DNA of 64,000 nt. Origin: Eledone cirrhosa. Taxonomy: Eukaryota. Position 1 is the stretch's first letter, and the number at the start of each line of letters is the position of its first letter. The notes below the pieces were generated by a model that worked only from the letters and a program-made list of their open reading frames with translations, did no database searches and had not been told where the DNA came from. The DNA is taken from NCBI GenBank assembly GCA_964016885.1, contig OZ024741.1:261330001-261394000 (forward strand). The letters run 5' to 3'. Shown here in pieces: positions 56,648 to 64,000 of the stretch. The translations under genes were made by a program, and so were the position numbers.

Positions 56648-59600
56648 TTACGAGTGTTTCGGCGTACGAGTGTTTCGACTTACGAGTGTTTTAACTTACG
56701 GGTGTTTCGACTTACGCGTTTTTCGACTACGAATGTTCCGACTTACGAGTGTTTCGACTTACGAGTGTTTCGACTTACGAGTGCTTTGACTTACGAATGT
56801 TTTGACTTCGACATACGAGTGATCTGACTTACGAGGGTTCCTACTTACGAGTGTTTCGACTTACGAGTGTTTCGACTTGCGAGTGTTTCGACTTACGAGT
56901 GTTTCGGCTTACGAGTGTTTCGGTGTTTCGGCTTACGTGTGTTTCGACTTAAGAGTGTTTCGACTTACGAGTGTATCGATTTGCGAGTGTTTCGACTTAC
57001 GAGTGTTTCGGCTTACGAGTGTTTCGGTGTTTCGGCTTACGTGTGTTTCGATTTCCGAGTGTTTCGACTTACGGGTGTTTTGACTTACGACTGTTTCGGC
57101 TTACGAGTGTTTTGACTTACGAGTGTTTTGACTTAATTGTGTTTCGACTTACGAGTATTTTTGGCTTACGAGTGTTTCGACTTACGAGTGTTTTGACTTA
57201 CGAGTGTTCTGATTTACGGATGTTTCGACATACGAGTGTTTCGACTTACGAGTGTTTCGACTTATGGGTGTTTCGACTTACGAGTGTTTCGACTTACGAG
57301 TGTTTCGGCTTATGATTGTTTCGACTTACGAGTGTTTTGACTTACGGTGTTTCAGCTTACGAGTGTTTCGACTTACGAGTGTTTTGACTTACGGGTGTTT
57401 TGACATACGAGTGTTTCGATACGAGTGTTCTGACTTACGAGTGTTCTGACTTACGAGTGTTTTGACTTACGAGTGTTCTGACTTACGAGTGTTCCGACTT
57501 ACGAGTGTTCCGACTTACGAGTGTTTCGGCTTACGAGTGTTTCCGGCTTACGAGTGTTTCGACTTACGAGTGTTTTGACTTACGGTGTTTCGGCTTACGA
57601 GTGATTCGACTTACGAATGTTTTGACTTACGGGGTTTCGGCTTGCGAGTGTTTCGACTTACGGTGTTTCGGCTTATGAGTGTTTCGACTTAATAATGTTT
57701 TTACTTACGAGTGTTCTGACTTACGAGTGTTCTGATTTACGAGTGTTCCGACTTACGAGTGTTTCGGCTTACGAGTGTTTCGGCTTACGAGTGTTTCGAC
57801 TTACGAGTGTTTCGACTTACGAGTGTTCCGACTTACGGGTGTTTCGACTTACGAGTGGTTTGGCTTACGGTGTTTCGGCTTACGAGTGTTTCGAGTTTCG
57901 AGTGTTTTGACTTACGCGTGTTTTGACATACGAGTGTTTCGATACGAGTGTTCTGACTTACGAGTGTTCTGACTTACGAGTGTTCTGACTTACGAGTGTT
58001 CCGACTTTACGAGTGTTTCGGCTCACGAGTGTTTCGGCTTACGAGTGTTTCGACATACGAGTGTTTCGACTTCCGAATGTTTTTGCTTACGGGTGTTTCG
58101 ACTTACGAATGTTTTTGCTTACGAGTGTTTCGGTTTACGAGTGTTCCGACTTACGAGTGTTCCGACTTAGGAGTGTTTCGGCTTACGAGTGTTTCCGGCT
58201 TACGAGTGTTTAGACTTACGAGTGTTTCGACTTTCGAGTGTTTTGACTTACGGTGTTTCGGCTTACGAGTGATTCGACTTACGAGTGTTTTGACTTACGG
58301 GTGTTTTGACTTACGGGTGTTGTGAATTACCAGTGTTCCGATTTACGAGTGTTTTGACTTACGGTGTTTCGGCTTGCGAGTGTTTCGACTTACGAGTGTT
58401 TCGGCTTATGAGTGTTTCGACTTACTAATGTTTTTACTTACGAGTGTTTCGGCGTTCGAGTGTTTTGACTTACGAGTGTTTCGACTTATGAGTGTTTCGA
58501 TTTACGAGTGTTCTGACTTACGAGTGTTCTGAATTACGAGTGTTCCGACTTACGAGTGTTTCGGTTTACGAGTGTTTCGACATACGAGTGTTTTGACTTA
58601 CGGGTGTTTCGACTTACGGGTGTTTCGACTTACGAGTGTTTCGGCTTACGAGTGTTTTGACTTACTAATGTTTTTACTTACGAGTGTTTCGGTGTATGAA
58701 TGTTTTGACATAAAGATGTTTCGACTTACGAGTGTTTCGACTTACGAGTGTTTCGGCTTACGTGAGTTTCGACTTAAGAGTGTTCTGATTTACGAGTCTT
58801 CTGACTTGCGGGTGTTCTGATTTACGAGTGTTCCGACTTACGAGTGTTTCGGCTTATGAGTGTTCTGACTTACGAGTGTTCTGACTTACGAGTGTTCTGA
58901 CTTACGAGTGTTCTGACTTACGAATGTTTTGACTTACGGGTGTTTCGGCTTACGAGTGTTTCGACTTACGAGTGTTTCGGCTTACGAGTGTTTCGACTTA
59001 CTAATGTTTTTACTTACGAGTGTTTCGGCGTACGAGAGTTTTGACTTACGAGTGTTTCGACTTACGAGTGTTTTGACTTACGAATGTTTTGACTTACGGG
59101 TGTTTCGGCTTATGAGTGTTTCGACTTACGAGTCTTTCGGCTTACGAGTGTTTCGACTTACTAATGTTTTTACTTACGAGTGTTTCGGCGTACGAGTGTT
59201 TCGACTTACGAGTGTTTCGACTTACGGGTGTTTTGACTTACGGATGTTTCGGCTTACGAGTGTTTCGACTTACGAGTGTTTTGACTTAAGGGTGTTTCAA
59301 CTTACGAGTATTTTTGGCTTACGAGTGTTTCGACTTACGAGTGTTTTGACTTACGAGTGTTCTGATTTACGGATGTTTCGACATACGAGTTTCGACTTAC
59401 GAATGTTTCGACTTATGAGTGTTTCGACTTACGAGTGTTTCGGCTTACGAGTGTTTCGACTTACGAGTGTTTTGACTTACGGTGTTTCGGCTTACGAGTG
59501 CTTCGACTTACGAGTGTTTTGACTTACGGGTGTTTTGACATACGAGTGTTTCGATACGAGTGTTCTGACTTACGAGTGTTTTGACTTACGAGTGTTCTGA

Positions 59601-60099
59601 CTTACGAGTGTTCCGACTTACGAGTGTTCCGACTTACGAGTGTTTCGGCTTACGAGTGTTTCCGGCTTACGAGTGTTTCGACTTCCGAGTGTTTTGACTT
59701 ACGGTGTTTCGGCTTACGAGTGATTCGACTTACGAATGTTTTGACTTACGGGTGTTTCGGCTTGCGAGTGTTTCGACTTACGAGTGTTTCGGCTTATGGG
59801 TGTTTCGACTTACTAATGTTTTTACTTACGAGTGTTTCGGCGTACGAGTGTTTTGACTTACGAGTCTTTCGACTTACGAGTGTTTCGACTTACGAGTGTT
59901 TCGGCTTACGTGAGTTTCGACTTAAGATTGTTCTGATTTACGAGTGTTCTGACTTGCGGGTGTTCTGATTTACGAGTGTTCCGACTTACGAGTGTTTCGG
60001 CTTATGAGTGTTTCAACTTACGAGTGTTTCGGCTTACGAGTGTTTCGACTTCCGAGTGTTTTTACTTACGGTGTTTCGGCTTACGAGTGTTTCGACATA

Positions 60100-60630
60100 C
60101 GAGTATTTTGACTTACGGGTGTTTCGACTTACGAGTGTTTTGACTTACGAATGTTTTGAGTTACGGGTGTTTCGGCTTACGAGTGTTTCGACTTACGAGT
60201 GTTTCGGCTTACGAGTGTTTCGACTTACTAATGTTCTTACTTACGAGTGTTTCGGCGTACGAGAGTTTTGACTTACGAGTGTTTCGACTTACGAGTGTTT
60301 CGACTTACGAGTGTTTTGACTTACCAATGTTTTGACTTACGGGTGTTTCGGCTTACGAGTGTTTCGACTTACGAGTGTTTCGGCTTACGAGTGTTTCGAC
60401 TTACTAATGTTCTTACTTACGAGTGTTTCGGCGTACGAGAGTTTTGACTTACGAGTGTTTCGACTTACGAGTGTTTCGACTTACGAGTGTTTTGACTTAC
60501 CAATGTTTTGACTTACGTGTGTTTCGGCTTACGAGTGTTTAGACTTACGAGTCTTTCGGCTTACGAGTGTTTCGACTTACTAATGTTCTTACTTACGAGT
60601 GTTTCGGCGTACGAGAGTTTTGACTTACGA
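60100..60630 (+). repeat. Local 176-bp (11-monomer) triplication
   Basis: The marker ATGTTCTTAC...GGCGTACGAGAG starts at 60231, 60407 and 60583. Confidence 0.85.
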
Positions 60631-62118
60631 GTGTTCTGACTTACGAGTGTTCTGACTTACGAGTGTTCTGACTTACGAGTGTTCTGACTTACGAGTGTTC
60701 CGACTTTACGAGTGTTTCGGCTCACGAATGTTTTGGCTTACGGTGTTTCGGCTTACGAGTGTTTCGAGTTACGAGTGTTTTGACTTACGCGTGTTTTGAC
60801 ATACGAGTGTTTCGATGCGAGTGTTCTGACTTACGAGTATTCTGACTTACGAGTGTTCTGACTTACGAGTGTTCTGACTTACGAGTGTTCTGACTTACGA
60901 GTGTTCCGTCTTTACGAGTGTTCTGACTTACGAGTGTTCTGACTTACGAGTGTTCTGACTTACGAGCGTTCTGACTTACGAGTGTTCGGACTTACGAGTG
61001 TTTCGGCTTACGAGTGTTTCGACTAACGAGTGTTCTGACTTACGAGTGTTCCGACTTACGAGAGTTCCGACTTACGAGTGTTTCGGCTTACAAGTGTTCC
61101 GACTTACGAGTGTTTCGACTTACGAGTGTTTTGACTTACGGTGTTTCTGCTTACGAGTGTTTCGACTTACGACTGTTAAGACTTACGGGTGTTTTGACAT
61201 ACGAGTGTTTCGATACGAGTGTTTCGACTTACGAGTGTTACGAGTGTTCTGACTTACGAGTGTTTCGACTTACGATTGTTTTTTTCACTTACGGGTGTTT
61301 CGACTTACGCGTCTTTCGATTTACGAGTGTTTAGACTTACGAGTGTTTCGACTACGAATGTTCCGACTTACGAGTGTTTCGACTTACGAGTGTTTCGACT
61401 TACGGGTGGTCTGACTTACGGGTGTTCTGACTTACCAGTGTTCCGACTTACGAGTGTTTCAGCTTATGAGTGTTTCGACATACGAGTGCTTCGGTTTACG
61501 AGTGTTTCGACTTACGAGTGTTTCGGCTTATGAGTGTTTCGACTTACGAGTGTTTTGACTTATGGTGTTTCGGCTTACGAGTGTTTCGACATACGAGTGT
61601 TTTGACTTACGGGTGTTTCGACTTACGGGTGTTTCGACGTAAGAGTGTTTCGAATTACGAGCGCTTCGACATACGAGTGTTTCGACTTACGAGTGTTTCG
61701 GCGTACGAGTGTTTTGACTTACGAGTGTTTCGACTTACGAGTGCTTTGACTTACGAATGTTTTGAATTACTTCGACTTACGAGTGATCTGACTTACGAGT
61801 GTTCCTACTTACGAGTGTTTCGACTTACGAGTGTTTCGACTTGCGAGTGTTTCGACTTACGAGTGTTTCGACTTACGAGTGTTCTGACTTACGAGTGTTC
61901 TGACTTACGAGTGTTCTGACTTACGAGTGTTCCGACTTACGAGTGTTTCGACTTACGAGTGTTTTGACTTACGAATGTTCTGACTTACGGGTGTTTCGCC
62001 TTACGAGTGTTTCGACTTACGAGTGTTTTAACTTACGGGTGTTTCGACTTACGAATGTTCCGACTTACGAGTGTTTCTACTTACGAGTGTTTCGGCTTAC
62101 GAGTGTTTCGACTTACGA

Positions 62119-62195
62119 AAATAACAAATAGACGCGGTTTCAAATCTCTATGCTTTTCAAATTCATTACATTAATCTTTATTTATACGTTTCGCT
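62119..62195. repeat. 77-bp AT-rich insert, copy 12
   Basis: Consensus insert (GACGCGG, TTAATCTTT) with the upstream flank type of copies 6, 9 and 11. Confidence 0.95.
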
Positions 62196-64000
62196 TTACG
62201 AGTGTTTCGGCGTACGAGTGTTTCGACTTACGAGTGTTTTAACTTACGGTTGTTTCGACTTACGCGTTTTTCGACTACGAATGTTCCGACTTACGAGTGT
62301 TTCGACTTACGAGTGTTTCGACTTACGAGTGCTTTGACTTACGAATGTTTTGACTTCGACTTACGAGTGATCTGACTTACGAGGGTTCCTACTTACGAGT
62401 GTTTCGACTTACGAGTGTTTCGACTTGCGAGTGTTTCGACTTACGAGTGTTTCGGCTTACGAGTGTTTCGGTGTTTCGGCTTACGTGTGTTTCGACTTAC
62501 GAGTGTTTCGACTTACGAGTGTTTCGACTTGCGAGTGTTTCGACTTACGAGTGTTTCGGCTTACGAGTGTTTCGGTGTTTCGGCTTACGTGTGTTTCGAC
62601 TTCCGAGTCTTTCGACTTACGGGTGTTTTGACTTACGACTGTTTCGGCTTACGAGTGTTTTGACTTACGAGTGTTTTGACTTAAGGGTGTTTCGACTTAC
62701 GAGTATTTTTGGCTTACGAGTGTTTCGACTTACGAGTGTTTTGACTTACGAGTGTTCTGATTTACGGATGTTTCGACATACGAGTGTTTCGACTTACGAG
62801 TGTTTCGACTTATGAGTGTTTCGACTTACGAGTGTTTCGACTTACGAGTGTTTCGGCTTATGATTGTTTCGACTTACGAGTGTTTTGACTTACGGTGTTT
62901 CAGCTTACGAGTGTTTCGACTTACGAGTGTTTTGACTTACGGGTGTTTTGACATACGAGTGTTTCGATACGAGTGTTCTGACTTACGAGTGTTCTGACTT
63001 ACGAGTGTTTTGACTTACGAGTGTTCTGACTTACGAGTGTTCCGACTTACGAGTGTTCCGACTTACGAGTGTTTCGGCTTACGAGTGTTTCCGGCTTACG
63101 AGTGTTTCGACTTACGAGTGTTTTGACTTACGGTGTTTCGGCTTACGAGTGATTCGACTTACGAATGTTTTGACTTACGGGTGTTTCGGCTTGCGAGTGT
63201 TTCGACTTACGAGTGTTTCGGCTTATGAGTGTTTCGACTTAATAATGTTTTTACTTACGAGTGTTCTGACTTACGAGTGTTCTGATTTACGAGTGTTCCG
63301 ACTTACGAGTGTTTCGGCTTACGAGTGTTTCGGCTTACGAGTGTTTCGACTTACGAGTGTTTCGACTTACGAGTGTACCGACTTACGGGTGTTTCGACTT
63401 ACGAGTGGTTTGGCTTACGGTGTTTCGGCTTACGAGTGTTTCGAGTTTCGAGTGTTTTGACTTACGCGTGTTTTGACATACGAGTGTTTCGATACGAGTG
63501 TTCTGACTTACGAGTGTTCTGACTTACGAGTGTTCTGACTTACGAGTGTTCCGACTTTACGAGTGTTTCGGCTCACGAGTGTTTCGGCTTACGAGTGTTT
63601 CGACATACGAGTGTTTCGACTTCCGAATGTTTTTGCTTACGGGTGTTTCGACTTACGAATGTTTTTGCTTACGAGTGTTTCGGTTTACGAGTGTTCCGAC
63701 TTACGAGTGTTCCGACTTAGGAGTGTTTCGGCTTACGAGTGTTTCCGGCTTACGAGTGTTTAGACTTACGAGTGTTTCGACTTTCGAGTGTTTTGACTTA
63801 CGGTGTTTCGGCTTACGAGTGATTCGACTTACGAGTGTTTTGACTTACGGGTGTTTTGACTTACGGGTGTTGTGAATTACCAGTGTTCCGATTTACGAGT
63901 GTTTTGACTTACGGTGTTTCGGCTTGCGAGTGTTTCGACTTACGAGTGTTTCGGTGTATGAATTTTTTGACATAAAGATGTTTCGACTTACGAGTGTTTC

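Larger units (their letters stand above)
46440..58170 (+). repeat. Near-perfect duplication with 6,038-bp period
   Basis: A constant 6,038 offset holds across ORF pairs from 46635/52673 to 51958/57996 and across insert pairs 48650/54688 and 50533/56571. Confidence 0.92.
1..64000 (+). repeat. 16-bp tandem satellite array, consensus GACTTACGAGTGTTTC, ~4,000 monomers, single orientation
   Basis: The monomer is directly visible throughout. Frequent variants are TTTTGAC, TTCTGAC, TTCCGAC, TTTCGGC and TTACGGGT. Length variants include 15-bp (TTACGGTGT), 14-bp (TTCGATACGAG) and 17-bp (TTTCCGGC) monomers. I saw no inversion. The consensus is 7/16 G+C. Confidence 0.99.

Noticed and set aside
15837-62195. 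CRISPR array (GTTTC/GTTTCAA and minus-strand TTGAAAC resemble CRISPR repeat ends)
   Set aside because: There are no unique spacers, no regular repeat-spacer period and no cas genes. The cassette copies are identical and kilobases apart.
2-63875. Hundreds of + strand ORFs (up to 303 aa at 19381-20292) with FDLRVFRLTSVSTYEC repeats
   Set aside because: The 16-bp consensus has no + strand stop, so all three frames give the same peptide. The ORFs overlap in all frames, mostly start at GTG/TTG within monomers, and end at random TGA-creating variants. Frequent frame-shifting monomers show no coding constraint.
1-64000. Absence of any minus-strand ORF as a sign of coding-strand bias
   Set aside because: The reverse complement GAAACACTCGTAAGTC contains TAA, which cycles through all three frames every 48 bp.
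1-64000. Telomerase-made telomeric tract (T/G-rich strand, TTAC/GGGTGT variants, 16-bp unit as in some yeasts)
   Set aside because: The consensus has no G-run, and variants are inherited in kb-scale duplicated blocks with embedded cassettes, which indicates recombinational amplification. A subtelomeric location cannot be excluded.
1-64000. Sequencing or synthetic concatemer artefact
   Set aside because: Rare variants recur in consistent hierarchical blocks with nested mutations, which is not expected from random error. Exact copy numbers could still be mis-assembled.

Overview
The whole 64-kb window is one head-to-tail tandem array of a 16-bp satellite, consensus GACTTACGAGTGTTTC (about 4,000 monomers by length, all in the same orientation, running off both window edges). 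I find no credible gene. Every ORF in the track is a translation artefact of the repeat: three monomers give FDLRVFRLTSVSTYEC on the + strand, and the - strand carries a TAA in each monomer. The only non-satellite DNA is a ~77-bp AT-rich segment, of which I found 12 nearly identical copies (15837, 17297, 31704, 36783, 39148, 41031, 44453, 48650, 50533, 54688, 56571, 62119). Diagnostic monomer variants show nested higher-order duplications with offsets of 176 bp, 1.28 kb, 1.46 kb, ~2.2 kb, ~2.6-3.1 kb, ~4.2 kb, 5.3-5.5 kb, 6,038 bp, 9.5 kb, ~15-17.6 kb and ~20.9 kb. They also separate a left and a right sub-domain with private variants. The picture best fits eukaryotic heterochromatic or centromere-like satellite DNA. 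Organism and function cannot be determined from the sequence alone. Duplication offsets were derived from matching ORF-track entries and marker variants by eye, so block boundaries are approximate.
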